DNA of 45,805 nucleotides, counting the filler, from Sphacelaria rigidula (lineage: Eukaryota): assembly GCA_964200075.2 (NCBI GenBank). It is 2 parts of 2 records of this genome, joined end to end, with 100 filler letters (N's around TTAATTAATTAA, not from the genome) between each part and the next. Parts side by side here need not be neighbours in the genome. Positions count along the whole stretch, not along the records: positions 1 to 22,871 come from CAXNAA020000305.1; 1 more part is not named here. One strand, written 5' to 3'. The notes under the pieces are model-generated. The model saw nothing but the letters and a program-made list of their open reading frames with translations, searched no databases and was not told the DNA's origin. Positions 1 through 11,881 of this stretch are shown here, piece after piece. The translations under genes were made by a program, and so were the position numbers. Within the stretch, counting starts at the first letter, position 1, and each line of letters starts with the position of its first letter.

Positions 1-419
1 GGGGGGGGGCGTCCTCATTTGTTGCTTGCCTTAGTCGTTTGACCATTGACCACGCATCTCTTTCGAGACGGAGCACACGTACCGGGGGAGAGATGGGTTG
101 ATCCCTTGAGACCACGGACTCATCCCGAGGAAAGGGAGGGGTTCAAAGTGTGAGTAAAAAACAAAATGGTGACAGCAACGGCCTACACACGGCCTCTTGG
201 GTGTCTCACCATTTAAATACCACGTAGTGCGATCATCCCCATTGTGCTGAATTGGGGTTCTCCCACGCCGCACAAAATGATCTAGCTCGACTACCATCAT
301 GGTTACCGCAAAAAAACGCAAGCGCGTAAACAAAACGGTAACCTTGTTGCCTCGCTTGAGCACTGAGTAGCGTGTTTTATAGCGTTATCGCCAACCGACG
401 CCAACCCCATCGGGGGTGC

Positions 420-810
420 TCGGGAGGGGGGGGTGGGGGTCTATACGAAAAGCATCGGAGAAGCTCAAGGAGTCAACCATGTGTATTTAGAAGTTTCCCG
501 TGGAATATTGTGAGTCGTGCACGAGGCTCGAGAGGCGCGGGATGACCATTCTCACCAATCACGGTAGTCAAAATGAGCACTTTTGTTCCGGTTCGGGTGG
601 TCAAGATTGGACTAATTCGCTGTCTGCCCCCGCGACTCATTTTGTTCGTGGGGAATCAACCATTTATTAGATGGTACAAATAACTTGTTTTGTATTCTGC
701 TTGTGGTCTACGCCACCTGCCTGACCTCTCATGTACAGCTTCAAAATGTCTATAGCGTTGTTGTCGAGTACTAGGCAGAGGCACCAGCAGCATGCAGTAC
801 ATTGTATTCA
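420..810. repeat. Dispersed repeat, copy 1 (copy 2 at about 21410-21810)
   Basis: Colinear shared blocks with the 21.4-21.8 kb copy, e.g. gaagtttcccg, atgaccattct(c/g)accaatcacgg, gtcaaaatgagcac, gcagaggca(c/t)cagcag(c/t)atgcagta. Boundaries approximate. Confidence 0.8.
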
Positions 811-1840
811 GTGGAGAGCGATGACACACTTAAACTGTATCTTACCGTCGTATTCAGTGAAGACACACAGCAATACATACATACCGACTCTGCACACAAT
901 TGCCTGCAGGGTCAAAACTCGTCAGGGGTTGTCCGGTATATTTTTCTATATAAATGACAAAAAACCACATGTTCATGGAAAAGGTTTTGTGTAGCGAGAA
1001 AAAAGCAACTCTGAACCCCAAATGGGGCATAGTCTGAATCAGTCCACCTGCCGGGGGGTCGCTGCTAAGGGATTAAGGCTGATCAATCAATTATGCCCAT
1101 TTTTTTGCTGACACATCGCAAGGGGCGCATCACTATAGCCTCAAACATGAAATGGTGGGCACGTCCACGCAAAGTTAGCGGTGACTCAAAGGTTGGCGAT
1201 GGTCGATTTCTGGGTGAATGTTCACAGTACATCACGAATGTACTCGAAACGGGGCATGTGTGATGCGCAATTCAGAGATTTCACGCCGTTCGGTGAACGC
1301 GAACTATTTGCCATCCAAAGTCAAGGCTACCAGTCAAATTGCCAAAAACTTTTCGGTTAGCAGGCTACTCATTTCTCGACCCATTGGAGGTGGTGCCGGT
1401 GCCTCCAGGAACATGAACATCAGTGACAGTTTAATGGCTACCGGTGCCGCGCTTGACAATATAAATTCTGATGGGGGTACCAAGCATTCGACTGTTGAGT
1501 GTGCCTCTATTGCAGTATTTGCATGAAGCCAACAGCACTGGAATCAGAAGCGTAAAGCCTGTACATGACTCCGCATTACGTATGCAATACGTATCTCATG
1601 TACGTATATGCGGTCCTTCGCGCAAAGGTACCACCAACCACCACGCTGTAATTCCTTGTCCCGCATCTAGCTCTAGAGCTCCTTCCGTCGGAGATGGCCG
1701 ACAACGTCAGGGCAGGAACGCTGACGGCGCGTTTACTCATGTTGCTACTAACCAAGGTATAAATTGAAAACCCACCACTGCTGACGAGACTACACACATG
1801 GAGTCCCACTGTTGTTCATGTTGTCGGCGTCTGGACATAC

Positions 1841-2803
1841 CTCTCGCAAACGAGCAAACTCAAACGGCACCTCTTCCCCGCACTCCTCGGGCCAGTCCGC
1901 ATCCAACTCCGAGGTCCGCCAACGTTCACTACCAGCTGCTTCTTTTCCCTCTGTGCTCTTTCTATGACCATGACTAACGTCAACCTTGACTGGTGAACCT
2001 GCTCCCCCCACACTGGCGGTTGACACCGCTACGGCAGATCCACCCCGTTCGACGGCTGCCGCGGTTTCAAATCGACCGTTCCTAGTCCCGCTGCCGCTGC
2101 TACTGCTCCTGACTTCGTAGTCAAAACTCTGAGCAGTACCATCTGCTTCAACCAACATCTCATGTTGGTCATCGGAAGACAATATATCTTGCTGCTGTTG
2201 TTGTTGCTGCCGCCGTCGTCGTTCAACATGAAGTTGCTCCACCGCCGAGCAAACAACGGCATATGAAGCGCGCGACAGCTCCACCGTACCCGACCTCCCA
2301 CCGCCACGGCCACCGCCGCCGCCACCGTCAAAAGGTGGCGGCGATTCCCGCCATTGACCGAAAGAAGACTGGGCACCTGAATCGGTAGCCATTTGCGATC
2401 GTAAGGTCGTTGGTGCTGCTGTCGTCGTCTCAGAAGTCACGCGACCGCGGCGGCGCGGCGGCGGTCGTGGTGATACAGTGTCGTAGCCTCTTCGTCGTAC
2501 TTGGCAATCATGATCCGGAGGGAACAGCCTTCTGTTGATACCAAAGGTTCGTGACAGTTGGCGTGTACTTGTTCGTGGGAGAGGCGGCGAGAAGGCATAC
2601 ACAGCGCATCCTCCACATGTGAACAATGACGAGAATGATGACGATGTCGATGATGATGTTGAGAAGGTTTGGATGCTGCGGCAATGCGGAAGGGAGCGCG
2701 CTAGTAAGTTCAACAGGACGAGAGTGACTGAGGATGCGGACGTACTTGCGTGTTTTGACAATGCAGGTCTGGGTCGTTTCCTGTGCTGTTGCCGCGGTCG
2801 CAT
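1841..2803 (-). CDS. First coding exon of an unknown protein with a possible signal/plastid-targeting leader
   Basis: Lies within the 368-aa ORF 1790..2896. ATG at 2803 (MRPRQQ...), hydrophobic stretch VTLVLLNLLA, VYAF motif, S/R/T-rich transit-like region, poly-Q and poly-G. Good phase-0 donor GAG|GTATGT at 1841/1840. Downstream exons not identified. Confidence 0.65.
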
Positions 2804-3128
2804 CACTGTGGGGCATCTCAAAACGCCATGGATTGGAGACGGTGGTAATGGTTTTGGTGTTGAAGACTCTCGAAGCTGATCACGGTAGCAGCACATCGCA
2901 CGCTTGCCACCTCAACAGCCGCCACGGTCAATCAATGCACACACGGAAGACTTGGGAAGACACAGCAAATCGACATCATTGGAATATGACAACAGGATAC
3001 TGTTGAATCATGACGATTTTCTACCGTATATCCTTTCCATGTTCATGTCCAAGGGATCATCTGAAGCAAAAAGCCAGCGCCGTCCAGGGTGAAGTGACTC
3101 CCTGGAGGGTGTCCAACAATACTACCGA
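2804..3128. promoter_or_regulatory. Putative bidirectional promoter and 5' UTRs
   Basis: 325 bp between two divergent start codons (2803 minus, 3129 plus). Inferred from gene arrangement only. Confidence 0.5.
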
Positions 3129-3369
3129 ATGTCGTCGACCCTGCCGCTGAACGCGTTGTTACTGCTGTGCTGCTATACCAGCACCGTGCAGTCGTTCTAC
3201 TACTGCGGTGTTGCTCCTCGCACCAGCGGCGGTACCGGCACCGCTTTCATCGGAGGCTTCAATCAACAAGCTTCCCGCAAAAGGCGGCGAGATGGGCCGC
3301 AGTCCGTCATGTCGATCGCCACGCTCCCCCATCGGCTATCGGTGGCATCACCTGCTTTTATGGAAGAGG
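3129..3369 (+). CDS. DnaJ-type zinc-finger protein, exon 1 (signal peptide plus transit peptide)
   Basis: MSSTLPLNALLLLCCYTSTVQS-F resembles the stramenopile bipartite leader (F at +1), followed by a basic/hydroxylated stretch. The phase-1 donor G|GTAGTG at 3369/3370 fits the exon at 4536; the alternative CAG|GTGACC at 3380/3381 is phase 0 and would need another exon. Confidence 0.6.
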
Positions 3370-4535
3370 GTAGTGTTCAGGTGACCACGGCAGGGAGCTT
3401 TGTGGCTGGCACTGATGGTGGGAGAGGGTGGTTGGGGAGGAATGAAGCGAGGAGTTGTCGACAGTTAGGTGAGGGCTTGAACGCCACACGCGTGTCGCGA
3501 TTGTAGGAGTGACCCTTTGTTCTTCATGGTGCTGGAAAACAGACAAATATTAATCTATAGGTGTAAGGGGTGCACATCCGATCGGTGGGTATGTTGAATT
3601 CACCATGTATTAGCTTGAGTGAGGCGTTTGGCGGTCATTCGGTTCGAGTTCCACGTGTTTCCTGCGTATCCGCAGATTGCGCATTTGCTTGAGGAGTAAA
3701 TTCCAGAACAGTTTTTTCCTACACCGTTACAGTATCGTACGAGTAGCGTCTGTGAAGAGGAGCCAGGGTGCGTGTAATCTAACTGTAACTGTATGCAACC
3801 GGGCCTGCCTGAGGTTAGCTGCTTTGCCACGCGGCATATACGGCGCTGCGTGTAACCATACCGAGAGCAACTACTCTGCTGCGGTTGATGGCGCTTGCAA
3901 GGGGCCCGTGGCTCACACGGTTTCGATTACAGAGCAGCTGCGCCCTATACCGCGATTCACAACACCGTAAGCTATCAAATTCAAATCCAGCTATCAACCA
4001 CTCAGCTCTGTAGCAACGCGCCGGCCCCCGTGCTGTGCACCCCTCCTGTCCAGTATACTGCATAACATTGACATTGGCGCAATTTATTTGCTGCCGTTAC
4101 CTGTCACGAAGTACATAATGGGCTTTCCAAGCATGTTCATGGCGAGAGTCGGCATTCTCAGGACAAAGTCCGCAGCACCAAAACTCGAAACTGTCACAGT
4201 ACTGTACTGCGCATTACTCGCTGCACCGCAACGCATTTATGCTAGATGTCACATCATGCTTTGCCCTTCTCTACTTCACATCCTACGTTGTTCTTGAACA
4301 AAAAAATATGAGGAAAAATGCCGTTATGTACCCTACTCCTTGAGAAAGTTTTGGCCCATGACCGAGTACAGACCGTAGCGCTTTTGCAAGTCTTAGCGAC
4401 CTGAAGTAAAGCACCACGACCCTACTCCTGATCTTTCTTTTTGTCCTAGCTTTTTTTAGCGCGATTACTCACCCCCTACCAACACCACTCTCTTCCCCCG
4501 CACACGCCAAATACGCTACTGCGTACATACCATAG

Positions 4536-4789
4536 CCGCGGGGAGGAACATGGACATGTATCAGCTCCATTTCGAGCCTCCGGACATGCATTCCATCATG
4601 GCGAGCGTTGGACGCGTGCTGTTCTGGGGGACAGCAGGCGCCATCCAGATGAAGTACATGAAGGAAAGGCTGAGGGAAAAGGAGCAAGGCTTGGAGGTGG
4701 ATGACCAGTGGGAGGAGACGATGAGGGCGAACGAAGAATATGGGGAAGACGATACCTACGTGTGCACCCTGTGCGACAACGAGAACGAG
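4536..4789 (+). CDS. DnaJ-type zinc-finger protein, exon 2
   Basis: Acceptor catag| at 4535, donor GAG|GTGAGA at 4789/4790, GC3-rich codons. Encodes a hydrophobic segment (SIMASVGRVLFWGTAGAI), an acidic stretch and the first CxxC (CTLC). Confidence 0.8.
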
Positions 4790-5570
4790 GTGAGAGTCAC
4801 GAGACACGTTGGCGTGGTCGATCCCTACTGTGCAAAAGCGATTGCGATGATCTTCTGAATGCACCACTGATTGGTTAGCATGACGGTGTGCGTATCCGTC
4901 TATTTTAACGTGCAGTGTAGCTTTCAGTTTTGGTGCTTTTGTTTCAAGCTAGTTGTACCGCAGTAGTTGACTGGGAGAATACCTGAATACGATCTAGATG
5001 GTGTGCAAAAGTATGAACAAGTGTCTCCGGGCGGGTGACCTGCTCCCCATTCGCGTGCGCACGGAATACCGTTTCTTTCCCCGGTGTGCCTTTGTGCTTC
5101 GTTTACTCTCAACTGCTGCTCATGTAGCGTGGCGCGCAACGGTGATTTGTGACAAACTCGCTTCGGGTGTTGGCACCCTCCCTTCGGTATGACGTTCGTC
5201 ACTTCGCTACCCTCTCCCGCGAATTTGGGCTCATGCTTACGCAGCGTGTAACAGGCCTCGCACTCGGGGGAGATTCACGACACCTGGTCCCATCACCACT
5301 CCTGGCACTCGACCATGTGTCGTTTATACCTATCTCTATACAGCGATGATCCAATCAGCACTTACTGTGCATGCAGGCGATCGTTGCTACCAGTACCGTA
5401 CGTGCGTGTCGACTAAAAATGCACCCTCTAACTATGTGTGCATGTAGTCATTGAAACTCTCCGCCTCTCCCGCGCCTCCATCGATGGCGTGTGATCACTT
5501 GCCTTACAAACGTAACTCCCCCCACCCCCTCCACCCCGTCCGACCTCACTCGAATCGTGACACGCCGAAG

Positions 5571-5723
5571 ATCGATTGCGACGAGTGCGGAGGGAAGGGA
5601 TTTTTCGTGAGTGATTCGGCACAGCCTAGCAAGTGCGACGTCTGCAACGGTTTCGGGAAGATCGAGTGTCCGGAGTGCGAAGACCGCAGGTACTTTTTAA
5701 CCTTTTTCGACGTCACACCATGA
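5571..5723 (+). CDS. DnaJ-type zinc-finger protein, exon 3 (CxxCxGxG repeats, no J-domain seen; BSD2/LQY1/PSA2-like class)
   Basis: Acceptor aag| at 5570, in phase with exon 2. IDCDECGGKG...CDVCNGFGKIECPEC completes four CxxC pairs. Ends at TGA 5721-5723, or splices at CAG|GTACTT near 5689. Confidence 0.8.
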   Translation: MDCDECGGKGFFVSDSAQPSKCDVCNGFGKIECPECEDRRYFLTFFDVTP

Positions 5724-7989
5724 CCATTCGCCTCAATTTTTGGATCGCGTTGCTCATCCTTTCTTGTTGATCGTTCATTACCCGAGCCTGGTACAGCCTC
5801 CGAGGCGTGCATGTGCTTGTTTGGCTCACAGGCCAATATTTGCTTGAGCTTGCCACAAACAGGGATGCATTCAAAACTGACCAAAGATGAAAACTAGTCG
5901 CCATTTTTCAATCCGTTCCCCATGTGCCCTACCTGCGTCGAACTTGTACGAGAAAAATGCGGTTCCTCTGCAATGCGTGCACGTTTGTGAAAACTATTCT
6001 CGCGTACACGGAATTTTCGTCTCGTCTCACTTTTGTACTTGTGTCACCTGGGTTGATTACGTTCGGTTTACGTTCGGAAGGCACATTCACAATTATTATT
6101 CAAATGGCATTTGCGCGAGAATCGTTCGGAAAATGTATTCACGCGCAGTTCCTGGTCGACGACTAGGGCAGCCCTCGCTGCTGCTGTCCATTGAAATGTA
6201 CCTCTTTTGTGGCCTGTGGGGGTTCTGCGTCTCACGTGTTTGGCAGGGAATGGCAGAGGCAAAACAGGAGCCGAAGGCCACGTCCGTTAAGCCTACCTTC
6301 GGGACGGGGCGACGACGACGACGACGACGAGTTCCCCGTGAACTTTCCATTTTTAGGAGCCCGGTGACCCCAGCCTAGTGCCATCGGCTCCGCTGCGCTT
6401 GGGCCTGCGTTGATTCTGTCTTTACTGTCCGTGCCGCTTTGTTGATCGAAAGTACATGTAGGCCGTAAGAGTCTGTCCACGTTTTTACGTTGCTTTGCAG
6501 CGCTGTTCGTTGTATCCGGATGACTGCAGACGTAAAGTACGGCCCTGTGGAGTGGCCCCGATATGCTTCCTCGCAGCCACTCGAAGGGCTTCGTCGTGAC
6601 GGCTCCTGTGTGACGATGTTCAAGGGGTTTGTACCACCCTCTTTCGTGTATTTTCGTTGTGACCTCGCCTTCTTGTTTTACCGTATCGTTACATGCTTTT
6701 GTTCACCGCCTTCGCTTCGTGTCTCGCCTCAGAGGACAACTACCCACTGGCAGTAATAAATTCGTTGCTATCCCAGTTATCTCAATCCGCCACCCTCCCT
6801 TTTCTTTGTTTCCTTCTCTTCTTGGGTGTTAAGGCGTGCGAATTCCTGTCGCTTGGCTGGGCTTTCATGCCCACTTCATGTGTGCCGCTGAATCTGCGCA
6901 TTTGAGGTTAAGATTTTCCCAATTTATAGACGTCGATTTCAGCCCCGCGACGCTCGGAAACGTGAAGGTATCGGCCAAATACTAAAAATTTGAGGACTTT
7001 TTTGGCTTTCAACATATCCAAGATATTTCATTCCGGCATTAGACAGCACCCTCGTGACTCGGGGAGTGCAGCCATCGGCGAGGCGTTTTAAGCGGATTAG
7101 CCTGCGGGAAGAGTCTGCAGGTGTGCACGAGTTCGAGGGGCGGTGGCGCGCACGTAACTGCTTCGCTTGATGACGAGCGCCAGCAAACGCAGTGTTGGAA
7201 GTCCGGAAAAAGAGAGGTTTATTCGACGTCTTGTAGTTGATGGTCGTTGGCGACCTCGTGACCGATGGACAGCTTAGATTCTCATGGTTTATCAGGTCGA
7301 TGTAGAACTGTATTGTACTTATTTTAGTGACAGCAAGAGGGTGTACGTACATTCATCACACTATCTAGCCGTTGACGATGTGCAAACCACCTCGACTCTA
7401 TGCTGGGAGGTACCGTCTCTCTTTATCTCACGTGTATTTTGCCTTCTCGGTTTGCAGACAGGAGTATTTTGTGGTTGAGATTCCAGACAAGACCCGTGCC
7501 ATGAATGGCAATTGACTGATGCAGCGTTGTGATGTAGTAACACATGGAGTGCAGCAAATTTCTGTGTGACCCAATCACGAAGGCCCACACCGCAAGATGA
7601 CTGCAGAGAGTGCGGCGCGTCCGGTGACACCCGTTCCTTTACGTTTGCCGACATCCTGCGCTTACATCGGACGTATACTCGTAAGTACATGTCTTCATGC
7701 TTCTGAATCGAAAGGGCTCGCAACTTTTGTTCCAGGAACACATGCCCGCCCATGGATTTTTTTTCAGGGGGAGGTGGAGAAGTTTTGTAGCGCCAAACAA
7801 TGTGTTCGTGAGATTGCGAGTAGAGCGTTGATTGAGAGTGGGGTTTTTCATCCGCTTTAACTTGACCAATTTTTCATTCCGTGTGCGATTTTTTTTACCT
7901 GTAACACCGCCATGTACTTTCAGCTACACATCGAAAATTTACTCAGGGATATCAAGGGCTTCGGCGGCAAGCTACTACAGGAAGCATAT

Positions 7990-8110
7990 CGGGCCTTGCG
8001 CGAGCGGGGGGGGCGGGGGCGGGGTCGGAACTGAAACTGTCATTTCATGTATTGACCGCTTCTCACTTTCATCTGTATATACTCTCAATCTCACGAACAC
8101 GTTGTTGCAA
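7990..8110. repeat. Dispersed repeat shared with about 43340-43455
   Basis: Shared colinear blocks gggccttgcg, tcggaact(g/a)aaac, attgaccg, tactctcaatctcacgaacac. Confidence 0.7.
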
Positions 8111-8843
8111 GCTCACATTCCTGTGCTATCGGCCGAGCACTTTCTTGAACCTTTACACCGGAGCAGCAGGCGATCAAGGAAAGGTGCCCGTGTATTTTCG
8201 CCGCTCCCTGTGTTGTACAAGCGCGTAATTTCATGACATCGTCATACAGACTATAATATCCGCCTTGGACCACGTAAGTTTGCGTAAAAAATGGTTGATA
8301 TATATATATACATACATAAATGCCTTCGCGGTGCTGTAGAGTCCAGGTCGTTCTCAGGCGGCGATTTTTTATTTTCATTTCTTGGATATACCTGAGCTCA
8401 ATTGCGATATGACGGATGATAGCGCAATCGCCTTCATAATATCGCCCCCCCCCCTCCCAGCGGTCAACGACTAAGGCAAGCAACAAATGAGTACGTACCC
8501 CCGCCCCTCCAGCTGGCGTTTTCGGGGGAACATGGAGTGGCATGTGCTCGTGAGGATCTGGGGCACGAGCTCTCCTTGTTGATTGTACTACTGTAGTGTG
8601 CACCTGACGTACCTTGATGGGTATGCAGCGCTGCTTCAAATAAATACGTTGTCAGGAGTAGTAAAAAGAAAGACCACCCCGGATCCCGCCACTCCCTGAA
8701 GGGCTGAGAAAAATGATTCAAGCAGCCTTTTCTTCTATGCCGAAAGGATTTTTTGTGAAAGTATGTATGATAGTTTCACGAAAAAAATTATGTACCCCCC
8801 CCCCCCCCCCCCCCCCCCCCCCAACAACAGCCGCAACCGGCAA

Positions 8844-8853
8844 NNNNNNNNNN
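8844..8853. other. Assembly gap (10 N) with low-quality duplicated flanks
   Basis: N run. About 8727-8822 and 8860-8943 are garbled versions of the same sequence, each ending in poly-C. Confidence 0.9.
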
Positions 8854-9167
8854 ACCCACCTTTTTTTTCTAGCCCAAAAGATTTTTTTGGAAAGTATTTT
8901 TAATAATTTCAAAAAAAAAAATTTTTTCCCCCCCCCCCCCCCCTCCTGGAGCGCCGAAATGAAAACGAGCTGAGCCAGCAGTAAATCCCGCATTTGCGTG
9001 CCACACCATAGCTTGAGTCTTACCAAGTTTACCAAATCAGCCCAACTTGAGTATATCGGTGTGACCTGCAGACGAACCTGGAAACGCACGGCGCCGCTGC
9101 CGAATGAAGAAAATTTGAAGGAAAATATACTGAATAAGGTATTACCCTACCGACGGAACAGACGAAA

Positions 9168-9240
9168 GGAATTCGTCGGGATTCGAAGTCGTGACCTCCA
9201 TATTATCTGGAGTCTCCTGTATCGCTCGGATTAAATGGGC
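9168..9240 (-). pseudogene. tRNA-like relic (tRNA pseudogene or SINE head)
   Basis: On the minus strand: A-box-like taatccgagcgata, a perfect 5-bp stem with 7-nt loop ctcca-gataata-tggag, then gtc and B-box-like acttcgaatccc. T-stem and acceptor stem pair poorly. Confidence 0.35.
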
Positions 9241-9283
9241 GCAGCGGTGTCGCACAAAAAGTGCCCTTCTACACTCAATTTAA

Positions 9284-9498
9284 CCCGTTGACCGCGAGGG
9301 TAGGTCACCTGCTGAGTTGTTGTTTGTTGTTGTCTTCACATTAATCAACCGTTCCGATATCTGCGCGGTACATTCGTACTCGGCACCGCGGATGCCTTCC
9401 GTGGTCACCGGCTAGCAAAAAAAACAAAATGTCGGCATCAATTTCACCGGGAAAATTATGCGTGATCCAGATGGACTACCCGCATCGCGGTCTAAGGG
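9284..9498. mobile_element. piggyBac-type MITE (215 bp)
   Basis: TTAA at 9280-9283 and 9499-9502; CCC...GGG termini; TIR cccgttgaccgcga versus cccttagaccgcga (reverse complement of right end), similarity continuing inward (gggtag). Confidence 0.85.
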
Positions 9499-10319
9499 TT
9501 AAGGTAGTATTGCAGGAAATAGCACCAGGGTCTCCTGCACACAAGTACGCACAACAACCTGAGTGATGCCGGCGTATTTCCTGATCTTGACGGAGTTTTG
9601 GCTCTTTTAAAGTTTTCGCAGACACTTCAGGCACCGAGTCCATGGGTACTGGTCGTTATAAAATGATTAAACTCAAATCATCTATCTTTTCGTTTTTGTC
9701 CATGATTTATGATTCTCGAGCTACTTTTACCCGACAGTGTTGCGCCCAGTAAAAAATTCTTATTTTTATAGTCTTTTAGACGCCTCCTTGTAAAATGCTG
9801 GATGATGGCAAGTGTCCCGATTTCGCGTGGAGGGTCTGCGCCTACTGTGCATACAGCAGCGGACCAAACAGTATCGCTCTGGCAGAAGACGGGGACGCGA
9901 GGGCGATCGAAGTGTGTTGAAATACAGACAGGCAGTCCCTCTTGCAAGTTTCAACGGTAGCAGTAACGGAAGCAACGAGTAATCGCAACATTCGCATGGC
10001 CGAGGGTGAACACCCCCCCCCCCCGGGGAAACCGCCCCCCGGGGGTTTGGGGGAGAACCCCGCCCGGGTTTCACCATTTGAAACCTGCCCTCCGGTGTTT
10101 AGGGAGAGCACCGCGCTCGTGTTACACCATTAGCAGAGATATGGAGAGCTGTCTCCCCACCTGCAGAAAATAAGCTTTCCATTGCAAAAGAAATTATTGA
10201 AATCCATCCGTGCTGTTAAATAAACGACTCGACTGAAGTTTGAAAAGTGAAAATTTTGCTCCGCACCCGTGCACGTCTGCTCTGGAGTGCCAGATATGGT
10301 GGAAACAGAGCACCTAACT

Positions 10320-10421
10320 TCAGTACGGTACAGTACAGCACTGTACCTGGTATAGTGCAGTAGAGTCCAGTGCAGTGCAGCACAGCACAGCACAGTAGAA
10401 CATGGTGCTGTGTACAGCACT
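10320..10421. repeat. Degenerate pentanucleotide microsatellite (CAGYA/CAGTG)n
   Basis: cagta-cggta-cagta-cagca...cagtg-cagtg-cagca-cagca-cagca-cagta. Confidence 0.7.
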
Positions 10422-10973
10422 GCCATCAAGGGCATGGTGCAGTCCGCCAAAGATAAGGGTAGTTGCTGAAGTGTATATACGTAAATTGCGGTCGGGTCGA
10501 ATCCTGCAAGAATCAAATCATGCGCACTGTGTGCGTGGATAACGTGTAAATCTTTGGGTTGCATCGTCCATCACGCACATCGCTGATGGTGCTCCTGTTG
10601 GCTTCTGCAGCGTATGTTCGGAACCCCCGTCCGGATTCTAACGGCCGTAAACGTTGAGCAACACCTACGGAGTCGACGCAGACATACAAACCTACTTGAT
10701 GAGTTGAACGGTGCTACAGTACCACAATCGAACGCTGCAGCATCAGATACAAGTATCATGTCAAAATCACAGCTCCGCTAGCGTAGGCCGGTACTGTACG
10801 AGTGTTCTTGAGTTCGTACTCTCGGTGCCTTCTCCGGATTACCCCTTGCCAACGCTGCCGAAGGGACCAGGGTGGGCGTGGACGTTGTGATATCTTTCCA
10901 CAACTATGGGAAAGATATTTCTTCGACCATAGGAAAGAAGAAGTGATCGCGCCGAGAATCGACCTCGCACTTC

Positions 10974-11063
10974 TTTTGTTCGTCAGAACAAACTCCATCA
11001 CTGAGCCACTCAGTCAGCGCTGACTGAGTGGCTCGGTGGTGGAGTTCGTTCCGACGAACAAAA
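10974..11063. repeat. Loopless 90-bp palindrome
   Basis: Two 45-bp arms centred at 11018/11019 (...cagtcagc|gctgactg...), 41/45 complementary; the four mismatches are all transitions. Confidence 0.9.
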
Positions 11064-11300
11064 CACACGATGGAAGGCACGCTATGTCAAACGCACTGAT
11101 TCTCAACCCTCCAACCATTCACCCCCCGGTTCATTACCTCCCTTTTGACGGTAGATGTGGAGGATCCCCAAGACTCACTCACGGGGTGCAACGTCTGGAT
11201 GCCTGCTTGGACGTCGGCGGGGGCAGTCCGAATGTTGCATACGACACGAATGTCGATCCCGAGGTAACAGCGCCACGAGTCGCAGGGTGCTGCATGGTTC

Positions 11301-11881
11301 CAAGGTTGTGTTCTGTAGGATACGGTTCTCTGTATACCCGGGGCATTTTCGCGGGCATTTACCGTCCCCGACAGTTCTGTGACTTCTGTAAGGCGTTCAT
11401 ACCGGTACCCGACAGTTGTGTAATCTCTCTAAGACTTTCATACGCTTACCCGATGGTTCTGTGACTTCTGTAAGCCTCCCGTACCGTCATCGGTGGGCGC
11501 CGGTATGCTCTTGATAAGATACCCGTTTGCGGATACCGTATTCTGTGCAACCTTTATACCCTGCCCGACAGTTTCTGTGAGTTCTGTGAGCCTCCCATAC
11601 CCTTACCCGACAGTTCTGTGAGTTTTGTACATAATGTGTACCCGTACCTGAAGCGCGGGTATACTCTTGAAGAGATGAACCCTATTGTCGGCACGATTTT
11701 TCTGTAAGTCTCCCGTACCGTACCCGAAAAGTTCTGCAATTTCTGTAAGATTTTCAAACCGGTACCCGGCATTTTCTTAATTTCTGTGCGACTTTCATAC
11801 CGGTACCCTATATTTCCTCAAGTTCTGCAAAGAGTCTCATACCCTTTAGAACATACCCGCACCCTACAGGACACAACCTCG
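11301..11881. mobile_element. hAT-type MITE with internal 41-42 bp tandem subrepeats
   Basis: TIR caaggttgtgttctgtagg versus cgaggttgtgtcctgtagg; 8-bp TSD CATGGTTC (11293-11300) / CATGATTC (11882-11889); internal cccgacag-anchored units at 11367, 11408, 11564, 11606 and further degenerate copies. Confidence 0.85.

Noticed and set aside
3600-3660. Pol III A/B-box-like motifs here and at about 16350-16420
   Set aside because: No cloverleaf pairing or repeat evidence; matches are short enough to be chance.
6457-6878. Possible solo LTR (TGTAGG...CTTCA, with AATAAA)
   Set aside because: No convincing terminal inverted repeat or TSD and no second copy in the window.
8713-9089. Apparent tandem duplication and poly-Pro/poly-Gly ORFs around the N gap
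   Set aside because: Homopolymer-inflated, low-quality read ends overlapping across the gap; assembly artefact.
10010-10100. C/G-run segment resembling a hairpin or G-quadruplex
   Set aside because: Homopolymer pattern after a poly-C run looks like degraded read quality.
9780-10970. Cys-containing and helical peptide fragments that might be the upstream transposase of the Academ-like element
   Set aside because: Too fragmented to recognise catalytic motifs; needs tblastn with an intact homologue.
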